IMG/VR virus record: IMGVR_UViG_3300048850_000149
Coordinates: 1 to 37,876 of that record
Length of the DNA stretch: 37,876 nt
Origin: a virus
Lineage: Duplodnaviria; Caudoviricetes
Strand: one strand, 5' to 3'
The notes beneath the pieces were generated by a model, which saw only the letters and a program-made list of their open reading frames with translations, made no database searches and had not been told where the DNA came from. This document shows positions 28,157-36,902 of this stretch, piece after piece (the stretch's first letter is position 1; each line of letters begins with the position of its first letter). The position numbers and the translations under genes were made by a program.

Positions 28157-28488
28157 TACGAGCTACGCGTCCGCGCCAGCCTTCCTTCCACTGCCCACAT
28201 TGCCGGTCGCGGGCGATTGTCCGCAGCAGCGCGCAGGTCACCGACCTGGTGCGCGAGCTGGACTATGCCTGCACCAACCACCGCTGCGGCCACACCTTCG
28301 TCGCCCAGCTGGAGGCGGTTCGCACCATCGTGCCCAGCGCGATGCCGAACCCCACCGTTCACCTGCCCTTGGGCAACCGCAACCTCGGGCCCAAGCGCCT
28401 TCCGGTGCCGGCCAATGACGACGTCCGCGTGCCGGCCAATGAGGACGGCCCCAGCGTCGCCCAGGCACCTGATCCCATGAGCGGCTGA
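28153..28488 (+). CDS. ogr: Ogr/Delta zinc-finger late activator
   Basis: CPHC...RELDYACTNHRCGHTFVA...PS motif. Confidence 0.9.
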   Translation: MIRATRPRQPSFHCPHCRSRAIVRSSAQVTDLVRELDYACTNHRCGHTFVAQLEAVRTIVPSAMPNPTVHLPLGNRNLGPKRLPVPANDDVRVPANEDGPSVAQAPDPMSG

Positions 28489-28611
28489 ACCGACGCGGCA
28501 CCCGCCGCGACAGCCTGAACTGACCCCGTTTCGACACCGCCCGACCCGGCGGCAGCGACCCCCGCTGCCGGGAACGGCCCCCGCTTGCCTGAGAAAGACC
28601 GAACCACCGCC

Positions 28612-31338
28612 ATGCGCGCCGAACTACACACCGAGGTACTGAAGCGCCTGAAGGCACAATATGGGCTGCAGGAGCAGGGCACGTACCTGCGCAAGGGCAA
28701 GTGCCCCCAGTGCGACAAGCGCGAGCTGTGGACCAGCCTGGAAAAGCCCTGGGTGCTGCGCTGCGGCCGCATCGAGCGCTGTGGCTGGGAAGGCCACGTA
28801 AAGGAGCTGTTCCCCGACATCTTCGACGATTGGTCGAAGCGCCACAAGCAGACCGAGCAGCAGCCCAACGCCGCCGCTGACGCGTACCTTCAGCACGCCC
28901 GCGGCTTCGACCTGCTGGGCCTGCGCGGCTGCTATACGCAGGAGCGATACCACGACCAGGCGCTGAACATCGGCACCGCCACCGTGCGCTTCCCGCTGCC
29001 CGGCGGCACCTATTGGGAAAGGCTGATCGACCAGCCTGCCCGCTTCGGAAAGAAGAAGGCGCGCTTTGGTTTCGGTGGATCCTATCGCGGCCTGTGGTGG
29101 GCGATGCCCGCGCACACCATGGCGGCGCTCGCCGCCCTCGACGAGATCTGGCTGGCAGAGGGCATCTTCGACGCCATCGCGTTGAACCAGTCGCCCGCCT
29201 TCCGCGACGCCCGCATGGCCGCCGTGTCGCTCATGAGCTGCAATAACTATCCCAAGGCCGCGCTGGACGAGCTGCGCCGCGTTGCCGCCGCCGCCGGTCG
29301 CGCCCCGCCCCGCCTGGTGTTCGCCTTCGACGTGGGGAAGGCCGGCACCGAATACACGCGCCGCTTCGTCAAGCAGGCGCGCGAGGAAGGCTGGATCTGC
29401 GGTGCCGCCCAGGTCCGCGCCGATGGCGACATGGAAGGCGGCAAGCTCGACTGGAACGATCTCGCCCAGCGCGACCGGCTGAACGCGTCGGATCTCGACG
29501 ACTATCGCTGGAACGGCGAGGTGACGATCGCGCCGACCGCCGTCGCCAAGGCAAACCTGATCTACGAGAAGGATCGCTTCTCCAGCTTTCCGTTCACCCA
29601 CGCCTGCCGCCAGTTCTGGGCCAGCGTCGCGACGGACAAGATCAACGACATCCTCGAAAAGTGGGAATCGTCGGAAGATCCCGAACACGAGCAGTTCAAG
29701 AAAATGGACTGGGACGAGAAGCTGAAGGCCGCCGCCGCCCAGGCAATCTCGATCGAGGAACTGGCGAACTGCACCTTCCGGACCCTCTACTATCAGCGCG
29801 ACCCGAACCTCGAAGAAGGCGCCTATTACTTCCGCATCGACTTCCCCAGCGACCGACCGTCCGTAAAGGCGACCTTCAGCGGCTCGGCCTGCACCGCCGG
29901 CGCGGAGTTCAAGAAGCGCCTCGCCTCGATCGCGCCGGGCGCGCTGTGGACTGGCAGCACGCTGCACCTCGACAAGCTGATGCAGCGCCAGTGGGGCACC
30001 GTGCCGCTGGTCGATGCCATCCAGCACACCGGCTATTCGATCGAGCATAGCGCCTATATCTTCGGCGACCTCGCCGTGCATGCCGGCCGCGTGCACGAGC
30101 CGAACGACGAGGATTACTTCGTCCTCGGCAAGCAGTCGGTGAAGCTGCGCACAAACGAGCGCATCCTCAAGATCCGCTACGATGCCGACAAGCTCGACCT
30201 GTCATGGGTGCGCCTAATCTGGGTCGCCTTCGGTCCCAAGGGCATGGTCGTGCTCGCCTTCTGGGTGCTGTCGTTCTTTGCCGAGCAGATCCGCGCCGCG
30301 CAGGACAGCATCGCCTTCCTGGAAGCCACCGGCATCCCCGGCACCGGCAAGTCGACGCTGCTGGAGTTCCTGTGGAAGGCGACCGGCCGCTCGAACTACG
30401 AGGGCTTCGACCCGACCAAGGCGACCAACGCCGGCATCGCCCGTACCCTCGGCCAGGTCGGCAACCTGCCGGTCGTGCTGATCGAGGGCGACCGCGGCCA
30501 GGACACGCCGCACAGCCGCCGCTTTGAATGGGACGAGCTGAAGACCGCCTATAACGGTCGCGCCGTCCGCACCCGCGCCATCGCCAACGGCGGCATGGAG
30601 ACGTTCGAGCCGCCGTTCCGCGGCGCGATCATCATCGCCCAGAACGCCACCGTGGAGGCCTCCATGGCCCTGCGCGAGCGCATCATGGCGATCGACTTCG
30701 ACAAGTCGCGCTTCAGCCCACAGACCAAGACAGCGGTCGAGCGGCTGTCGGCGATCGACGGCGCCGAGATCAGCGGCTTTCCGGTCCACATCGCCCGCCG
30801 CGAGGGCGAGATCCTGCAGCTCTATTTCGAGCGCTTCAAGGCGCACGAAGCGGGGATGCTGAAGCATCCCGGCATCCGCAACGGCCGCCTGGCGAAGAAC
30901 CACGCCCAGGTCGCAGCGATGCTCGACGCGATGCAGGTCGTGATCGGCAACATCCGCGCGGACGAAGCCGACGAAACCCACGCCTTCATCCTCAAAATGC
31001 TGGAGGAACGCCAGCGCACCACTGAATCCGATCATCCCCATGTCGAGAAGTTCTGGGAAAACTTCGACTTCATCCGCTCGCGGGAAAACGGCGACGGCGC
31101 GACCGCGATCAACCACAGCCGCGACCCGGCCGTGCTGGCGATCTCGATGCCACATTTCGAGATGCGGTGCGCCGATTACCGGCTCTCCCTCCCCTGCACC
31201 ATGGCCGAGCTGAAGCGCCTGCTGCCCACCAGCAAGGCCCGCAAGTTCATCGCCAAGAATCACTCGGTCAACAGCGTCTCCGAAAAGACAGTCAGCTGCT
31301 GGACCTTCCGCAATCCCGATCACTCCACCACGAAATGA
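28612..31338 (+). CDS. Replication primase-helicase (Zn finger + TOPRIM + P-loop)
   Basis: CPQC...CGR..RC, AEGIFDA, FAFD, DWND, GIPGTGKST and LIEGD motifs. Confidence 0.88.
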   Translation: MRAELHTEVLKRLKAQYGLQEQGTYLRKGKCPQCDKRELWTSLEKPWVLRCGRIERCGWEGHVKELFPDIFDDWSKRHKQTEQQPNAAADAYLQHARGFDLLGLRGCYTQERYHDQALNIGTATVRFPLPGGTYWERLIDQPARFGKKKARFGFGGSYRGLWWAMPAHTMAALAALDEIWLAEGIFDAIALNQSPAFRDARMAAVSLMSCNNYPKAALDELRRVAAAAGRAPPRLVFAFDVGKAGTEYTRRFVKQAREEGWICGAAQVRADGDMEGGKLDWNDLAQRDRLNASDLDDYRWNGEVTIAPTAVAKANLIYEKDRFSSFPFTHACRQFWASVATDKINDILEKWESSEDPEHEQFKKMDWDEKLKAAAAQAISIEELANCTFRTLYYQRDPNLEEGAYYFRIDFPSDRPSVKATFSGSACTAGAEFKKRLASIAPGALWTGSTLHLDKLMQRQWGTVPLVDAIQHTGYSIEHSAYIFGDLAVHAGRVHEPNDEDYFVLGKQSVKLRTNERILKIRYDADKLDLSWVRLIWVAFGPKGMVVLAFWVLSFFAEQIRAAQDSIAFLEATGIPGTGKSTLLEFLWKATGRSNYEGFDPTKATNAGIARTLGQVGNLPVVLIEGDRGQDTPHSRRFEWDELKTAYNGRAVRTRAIANGGMETFEPPFRGAIIIAQNATVEASMALRERIMAIDFDKSRFSPQTKTAVERLSAIDGAEISGFPVHIARREGEILQLYFERFKAHEAGMLKHPGIRNGRLAKNHAQVAAMLDAMQVVIGNIRADEADETHAFILKMLEERQRTTESDHPHVEKFWENFDFIRSRENGDGATAINHSRDPAVLAISMPHFEMRCADYRLSLPCTMAELKRLLPTSKARKFIAKNHSVNSVSEKTVSCWTFRNPDHSTTK

Positions 31339-31352
31339 GGAGCGCATTTCTC

Positions 31353-32093
31353 ATGCTGCACAGTCACGCCTTCACGCCAGCCCGCCGCCCACGGCCCCTG
31401 CCCCGTATCCCCGACGCGCAGCCCCTCACCCCGGGCGGCTATCTGCAGCTGCGTCGCAAAGCCGCGGGGCTGGAGATCCGCGACCTGGCTTCCCGCCTGT
31501 CGGCACTCCGCAATGCGTTCATCGAAGCCGGTGAGTTGCCCGCTGGGCTGATGGCGATCCGGCACGACTTCGTCGCGACCATCCTGATGCTGGAGGCACG
31601 CGGCGTCCGCGCCCGGTGCCCCGAGACGCTGGAAGCGATCTCGACCGTCATGCCGTTCGACCCGGCCGTTTATCAGCAGCTCGCGTTCGGTGATCCTCGC
31701 CGCCATCCGCGCGTCTGCCGCGGCTGCGGCTGCTCGACGCACGACAGCTGCAATCACGACGATTGGGGCAGCTGCTCCTGGGCGAGCCCGACCCAGTGCA
31801 GCCACTGCGCCGCGAAGGGCGCCGGCACCGGCATCCTCGTGATCTACGGCCCCAAGGCGAGCGGGAAGACCCGGAACGCTGCGGCGCTGGCGAAGCACTA
31901 CGGACGCGTCAACATCATCGACACCTGGGAACAGGACGGCCGCCGTAGCGAGGTGCGCGATGGCGACCTGGTGCTGACCAACGCGCCCGTCGCCGTGATC
32001 GAAGCCGCCTTCCCCAAGGCAGACCTGATCTCGATCGAGGACGCGCTCGAAGCGATCGGCGCCACCGCTCCCGTGAACGGCCGCCGGGCATGA
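31353..32093 (+). CDS. HTH + Cys-rich + P-loop fusion protein
   Basis: YLQLRRKAAGL HTH start, CRGCGC...C..C..CSHC and YGPKASGKT motifs; GAGGAG RBS. Confidence 0.65.
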   Translation: MLHSHAFTPARRPRPLPRIPDAQPLTPGGYLQLRRKAAGLEIRDLASRLSALRNAFIEAGELPAGLMAIRHDFVATILMLEARGVRARCPETLEAISTVMPFDPAVYQQLAFGDPRRHPRVCRGCGCSTHDSCNHDDWGSCSWASPTQCSHCAAKGAGTGILVIYGPKASGKTRNAAALAKHYGRVNIIDTWEQDGRRSEVRDGDLVLTNAPVAVIEAAFPKADLISIEDALEAIGATAPVNGRRA

Positions 32094-32452
32094 CCAGGAT
32101 GACCGTACGCGCCGTCCCTGACGGTAAGGGCGGCTTCCGCCACGAACCCGCGCCCTATGTGCCGCCTGCCCGCAAGGGCAAGCGCGCCGGCGCCCGCGAG
32201 CCCATGAAGGCGATCAACACCGACAACGTCTCGGCCGAGCAGCTGCGCCTGCTGATCGAGCGCATCGAGAACCTGGAGGAGGAAAAGCAGGGCATCTCGA
32301 ACGACATCAAGGACGTCTACGCCGAGGCCAGTTCGACCGGGTTCGACGTCAAGACGATGCGGACCATCATCAAGCTGCGGCGCATGGAGAAGCACCACCG
32401 CGACGAAGCGGACATGCTGCTCGAAACCTACAAGCAGAGCCTCGGCATATGA
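32090..32452 (+). CDS. GapR/DUF2312 nucleoid-associated protein homologue
   Basis: EQLRLLIERIENLEEEK..ISNDIKDVYAEA..GFDVKTMRTIIKLR motif. Confidence 0.9.
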   Translation: MTRMTVRAVPDGKGGFRHEPAPYVPPARKGKRAGAREPMKAINTDNVSAEQLRLLIERIENLEEEKQGISNDIKDVYAEASSTGFDVKTMRTIIKLRRMEKHHRDEADMLLETYKQSLGI

Positions 32453-32874
32453 CGGCCGAGGTTTGGACCCGCTGGCCGGGAGTGTGCGCCGACATCGCGC
32501 ACCACCTGGCCGAGCGCCGCGCAACCGAATGGCCCGCCCTGGTTGAGGCCGGCAGGATCTCGGCCGACTGGTCGGCAGATGGCGTCCGCGTGATGCGCGC
32601 CATCGCCGCCAGCTGGGCGCTGATCGCGGCCGACCGCCCCGAGCCGGCGTCGCTGTTCGATCCCGCCCAGGGCGGCGCCACCCGCGACGAACGCCGCGCC
32701 ACCCTTACCGACGCCGCCACCCGCGCGCGCGCCGCTTCGAACGCAAACCGTGGCGACCGCGAAGCGGAGACGCTCGCCGACATGATCGAGTCGCTCCGGA
32801 AATGGGAGGCAGCGGACGAACAGGGCCGCGCCGCCCTCCTGCCAACCCCAGCCACCATTGGAGAAGCCGCGTGA
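32449..32874 (+). CDS. Hypothetical protein
   Basis: Translationally coupled on both sides. Confidence 0.6.
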   Translation: MTAEVWTRWPGVCADIAHHLAERRATEWPALVEAGRISADWSADGVRVMRAIAASWALIAADRPEPASLFDPAQGGATRDERRATLTDAATRARAASNANRGDREAETLADMIESLRKWEAADEQGRAALLPTPATIGEAA

Positions 32875-33008
32875 ACAACCACCCCAAAAGCCGTCGCGCC
32901 CGCGCCCTCCGCGCACTCGGTGTCGCCCTCGTCATCGCCGCCTCAATACTCGCGGCGCCTGTCCTGATCCTGAAGCTCTTTGCCGACGCCAAGGGAGCCC
33001 GCCGCTAA
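32871..33008 (+). CDS. Small single-TM protein
   Basis: GTGA coupling, GGAG RBS, one hydrophobic helix. Confidence 0.45.
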   Translation: MNNHPKSRRARALRALGVALVIAASILAAPVLILKLFADAKGARR

Positions 33009-33039
33009 TGTCCGCTATTCCTACCCGAAAGCACGAAGC

Positions 33040-34986
33040 ATGAGTGCCGTGACTGGTTTCGTCGCGAGCGCGGCGCTGGCGTTCACCCCGATCCACGTCG
33101 ACGGGCTTTTCATCGATGGCTTTGCCGGCGGTGGGGGAGCCAGCACGGGCATCGAGCAGGCGATCGGCCGCAGCGTCGATATTGCCGTCAATCACAGCCC
33201 GACCGCGATCGCCATCCACAAGGCAAACCATCCGGATACCGAGCACCATTGCACGGACATCCGGCTGCCGTTCCTGCCGAAGCAGACCACCGGCGGCCAA
33301 CGTGTCGCGGGCGCTTGGTTCAGCCCCGACTGCAAGGAATTCAGCAAAGCTAAGGGGGGCCCGGTCAAGGACCGCAGCATCCGCGCGCTATGCTGGGAGG
33401 TGGTTACCTGGCTGCGCGATGTCACTCCGACCTGCGGGTACCTGGAGAATGTCGAGGAGTTCGAATACGCGGCGCCGCTCGACGAAAACGGCCGACCGAT
33501 CATTGGGCAGGAAGGGCGCGAGTTTAAGCGCTTCGTGCGCGCCATCCGCTCGCTCGGATACCGGGTTCAGTGGAAGGTCCTGATCGCAAGCCATTATGGC
33601 GCGCCGACCAGTCGCAAGCGCCTCTACATGGTGATGCGCCGGGATGGCCTGCCGATCGTTTGGCCAAAGCCGACGCACGGCGCGCCCGGCTCGGAAGGCG
33701 TGCGCAGCGGCAAGCTCTTGCCGTACGCCACCGCTGCCGAGTGCATCGACTGGTCGATCCACTGCCCCTCGATCTTCGACCGGAAGAAGGAACTGGCCGA
33801 CGCGACCAAGCGGCGAATCGCGCACGGCGTGATGCGTTACGTGGTGAATGCCGCCCGCCCGTTCATCGTGCCGGTGACGCATCAGGGAAGCGTCCGCGTC
33901 CATAGCGTTGACGAGCCGGCCCGGACAGTCACCGGCGCACACCGTGGCGAGCTGGCCGTCACCGATGTCGCCTTGGCACCGCATGTCACCAAGTTTCGGA
34001 CAGGTTCGGTAGGGTCGCCCGCCGATGCTCCCATGCCCACCGTCACGGCGAACGGCGAGCCTGCGCGGCCGGCCGGCGCCTGCCCGCTGGGAGTGGTCGG
34101 CGCCACGCTCGCGCCATTCGTCACATATGGTCAGCAGGGTGGGCTGAACCGCTCGGTCGAAGATCCAATGCACACCGTCGCAGCCTCGCCGAAGGACACC
34201 AACGGCATCGCATGCGCCAGTCTGGTGAAGATGGGCAACGGGGAGCGAGCCGGACAGGAACCCCGCGCGCTCGATCCGCGCAACCCGCTCGGCACCGTCA
34301 CAGCGCATGGGTCGCAGGCGGCAGCCGTGACTGCCTTCCTCTCCAGCTTCTACGGCAGCGACAAGGCCGCAGCTGCCGGCGATCCTGAGCAGCCGCTCCG
34401 TACCGCGCGCGCCGGCGGCCAGCATCATGCCGTGGTGGCAGCGCATATCGAGCAGGCCAACACCGGTGGGATGCTCGGCCGTGCGGCATCGAAGCCGTTC
34501 ACCACCATCACTGCGAGTGGCGCTCAGCAGCGGATCGTCGAAACGACCATGGTCGAGCAGGATGCGTTGCCCCCGCACCTCATGGAGCGCGCGGTCAAAG
34601 TCGCCGGTTTCCTGGTCAAGTTCTACGGCTCAGGCGGCGACGGCGAAGCGGCACAGATCCAGCCCGCCGATCGACCGCTCGACACCGTCACCACTGTCGC
34701 ACGTTTCGCCGTGGTCACCGTCACGATCGACGCCAAGACCTATGTCATCGTGGATATAGGCCTGCGCATGCTCAAGCCGCGCGAGCTCGCGCGGGCGCAG
34801 GGCTTTCCCGACAGCTATGTCCTCGATCCGATCGTGCGCAAGTTCTTGCGCGGGAAGTGGGTCGAGCGCCCCCTCACGATCGCCGAACAGATCAGCGCGA
34901 TCGGCAACAGCGTCTGCCCGCCGGTCGCACGCGCGCTCGTCCTCGCCAACCAGCCCACCAGCACCACGATGAGGCTTGCAGCATGA
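33040..34986 (+). CDS. C5-cytosine DNA methyltransferase with a long repetitive variable region
   Basis: FAGGGG, SPDC, ENV, SRKRLY, RELARAQGFP and IGNSV motifs. Confidence 0.93.
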   Translation: MSAVTGFVASAALAFTPIHVDGLFIDGFAGGGGASTGIEQAIGRSVDIAVNHSPTAIAIHKANHPDTEHHCTDIRLPFLPKQTTGGQRVAGAWFSPDCKEFSKAKGGPVKDRSIRALCWEVVTWLRDVTPTCGYLENVEEFEYAAPLDENGRPIIGQEGREFKRFVRAIRSLGYRVQWKVLIASHYGAPTSRKRLYMVMRRDGLPIVWPKPTHGAPGSEGVRSGKLLPYATAAECIDWSIHCPSIFDRKKELADATKRRIAHGVMRYVVNAARPFIVPVTHQGSVRVHSVDEPARTVTGAHRGELAVTDVALAPHVTKFRTGSVGSPADAPMPTVTANGEPARPAGACPLGVVGATLAPFVTYGQQGGLNRSVEDPMHTVAASPKDTNGIACASLVKMGNGERAGQEPRALDPRNPLGTVTAHGSQAAAVTAFLSSFYGSDKAAAAGDPEQPLRTARAGGQHHAVVAAHIEQANTGGMLGRAASKPFTTITASGAQQRIVETTMVEQDALPPHLMERAVKVAGFLVKFYGSGGDGEAAQIQPADRPLDTVTTVARFAVVTVTIDAKTYVIVDIGLRMLKPRELARAQGFPDSYVLDPIVRKFLRGKWVERPLTIAEQISAIGNSVCPPVARALVLANQPTSTTMRLAA

Positions 34987-35615
34987 TCGCCTTCGCATCC
35001 CGAACAGGGACGCGCCGCAACCTCGCCGCCCTGCGCGGCGCGGGTTGGGGCCTCTTCATCTCCGCAGCCGGAGTTTGGCGCGACGAAGGTTTCGACCTGG
35101 TCGCGGGCGACAACGGCGCCTGGACGGATCACCAGCAGGGTCTGGCGTTCAACGAAGAGCGGTTCGCCCGCTTCGTCGAGTGGTTCGGCGCACGTCCCAA
35201 GCTTCTGATCCTCCCCGACATCGTGCTTGGGGGTGGCGCCTCTCTCTCGCTCTCGCTGCGCTGGCTGTCCCAGCTCGCCGGCCATCCTGCCAAACTGCTA
35301 ATTGCGGTTCAGAACGGCATGGAGCCTGGCGAAATCGCGCCGCACCTGTCGCCTCGCGTCGGTATCGCGATCGGCGGTGACACCCCCTGGAAGCTTGCCA
35401 CAATGCCGACTTGGTCGGCTCTGGCACGGGCGCACGGTGCGCACTGCCATGTGCTGCGCGTGAACACCGAACGCCGCATCCGTCTATGCCACGCCTCGGC
35501 TGTGGACAGCTTCGACGGTTCTAGTGCCTCGCGCTTTTCGGTCACTCTCCGCCCGCTGGAGCTGGCGCGGCAACAGACTGATCTCGAAGGCTATCTCCTG
35601 AAGGTTGCAGCCTGA
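34983..35615 (+). CDS. TGT/DpdA-like (guanine transglycosylase fold) protein, 210 aa
   Basis: Ordered motifs DNGAW, LPD, AVQ, IGG, HVL and DSFDGSS; ATGA-coupled to the C5 MTase. Confidence 0.65.
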   Translation: MIAFASRTGTRRNLAALRGAGWGLFISAAGVWRDEGFDLVAGDNGAWTDHQQGLAFNEERFARFVEWFGARPKLLILPDIVLGGGASLSLSLRWLSQLAGHPAKLLIAVQNGMEPGEIAPHLSPRVGIAIGGDTPWKLATMPTWSALARAHGAHCHVLRVNTERRIRLCHASAVDSFDGSSASRFSVTLRPLELARQQTDLEGYLLKVAA

Positions 35616-36604
35616 TGCCAATCACTGCTGAAAACCGCGCCCTCTACCCCGCCGATTGGGACGAGATCAGCCAGCGCATTCGCTTCGAGCGCGCCGGCGG
35701 CCGATGCGAATGCCAGGGCGAGTGCGGGCACGATCACGACGGTCGCTGTGCGGAGATCCACGGCCAGCCCAACACCGTCACCGGCTCGCCCGTCGTGCTG
35801 ACAGTGGGGCACGTCCACCACGATCCGCGCCGCTCGGACGACGACGAGCTGCGCGCCTGGTGCCAGCGCTGCCACCTTGCCTATGATCGGCCGCTGCACG
35901 TCGCCAATGTCCGCCGCACGATGTCGCTTCGCCGCATTGAGCGCGCCGGCACGCACGAACTGTTCGCGGACGATCTTGGCGACCGGACTCGCTCGGCCGT
36001 CACGATCCCTGGTGCCGCGCCGCTGCCGGCATCGAACCCGCCAGCGTGGCCCTTCGGCGACCTGGTGCCCGGCCGCTACGGGACGATCCTCGCGGATCCT
36101 CCGTGGCGCTTCCTCAACCGGTCGACCAAGGGCGAGAAGAAGAACCCGGTGGCGCATTACCCGTGCATGACGATTGAGCAGCTCGCACAGCTGCCGGTCG
36201 CGCGCCTCGCCGCACCCAACTGCGCGCTGGTGACCTGGGCGACCGCCCCGCTGCTCGACCGCGCGATCGAGCTGGTGAAGGCGTGGGGGTTCAACTTCAA
36301 GAGCGCCGGCGCCTGGGCGAAACAGTCGTCGACCGGCCAGCGCTGGGCGTTCGGCCCCGGTTACGTGTACCGCTCGGCCGCCGAGTTCTACATCGTCGCC
36401 ACGATCGGCAAGCCGCGCGTGCTGTCGCACAGCGTCCGCAACCTGATCGTCGCCCCGACGCGCGAACACAGCCGCAAGCCCGACGCCATGCACGCCGACG
36501 TCGAGGCGCTCTACGCTGGCCCCTATGCCGAGCTGTTCGCCCGCCAGCGCCGACCGGGCTGGGACGTGTGGGGCAACGACACGGATCGATTCACCGATGA
36601 CTGA
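35615..36604 (+). CDS. HNH-like Zn domain fused to an MT-A70 family adenine methyltransferase
   Basis: RCEC...VVLTVGH.HH...WCQRCH followed by LADPPW, HYPCM, WGF, HSRKP and ELFAR motifs. Confidence 0.85.
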   Translation: MPITAENRALYPADWDEISQRIRFERAGGRCECQGECGHDHDGRCAEIHGQPNTVTGSPVVLTVGHVHHDPRRSDDDELRAWCQRCHLAYDRPLHVANVRRTMSLRRIERAGTHELFADDLGDRTRSAVTIPGAAPLPASNPPAWPFGDLVPGRYGTILADPPWRFLNRSTKGEKKNPVAHYPCMTIEQLAQLPVARLAAPNCALVTWATAPLLDRAIELVKAWGFNFKSAGAWAKQSSTGQRWAFGPGYVYRSAAEFYIVATIGKPRVLSHSVRNLIVAPTREHSRKPDAMHADVEALYAGPYAELFARQRRPGWDVWGNDTDRFTDD

Positions 36605-36902
36605 CATCCTGCGCATCGGGATCTCTGACGCCGCCCGCATGACCGGGCTTTCCTACAGGACCCTTCAGGACCTAGCATCACGCGGAGCGATTCCCGGTGC
36701 GAGCAAGCCGGCAGGTCGCTGGCTGTTCCTTGTTGCCGATCTCGAACGCTGGTCGGCACGCATCAATCGGGCTTCGCGCGCAAAATGTCGTCCAACATCT
36801 ACGAGCGGCAGGGCATCCTCTGGGCGCGCTTCAAGGTCGCAGGGGTCGAGTACCGGCGGAGCCTACGAACACGTTCTAAAACGGTCGCGGAAAAACGCCT
36901 GA
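36597..36902 (+). CDS. Excisionase-like HTH protein
   Basis: ISDAARMTGLSYRTL...GAIPGA.K..GRW pattern; directly before the integrase. Confidence 0.7.
   Translation: MTDILRIGISDAARMTGLSYRTLQDLASRGAIPGASKPAGRWLFLVADLERWSARINRASRAKCRPTSTSGRASSGRASRSQGSSTGGAYEHVLKRSRKNA

Noticed and set aside
33040-36604. Complete restriction-modification system
   Set aside because: No cognate restriction endonuclease was recognised and the HNH domain looks degenerate; the MTases appear to be orphans.
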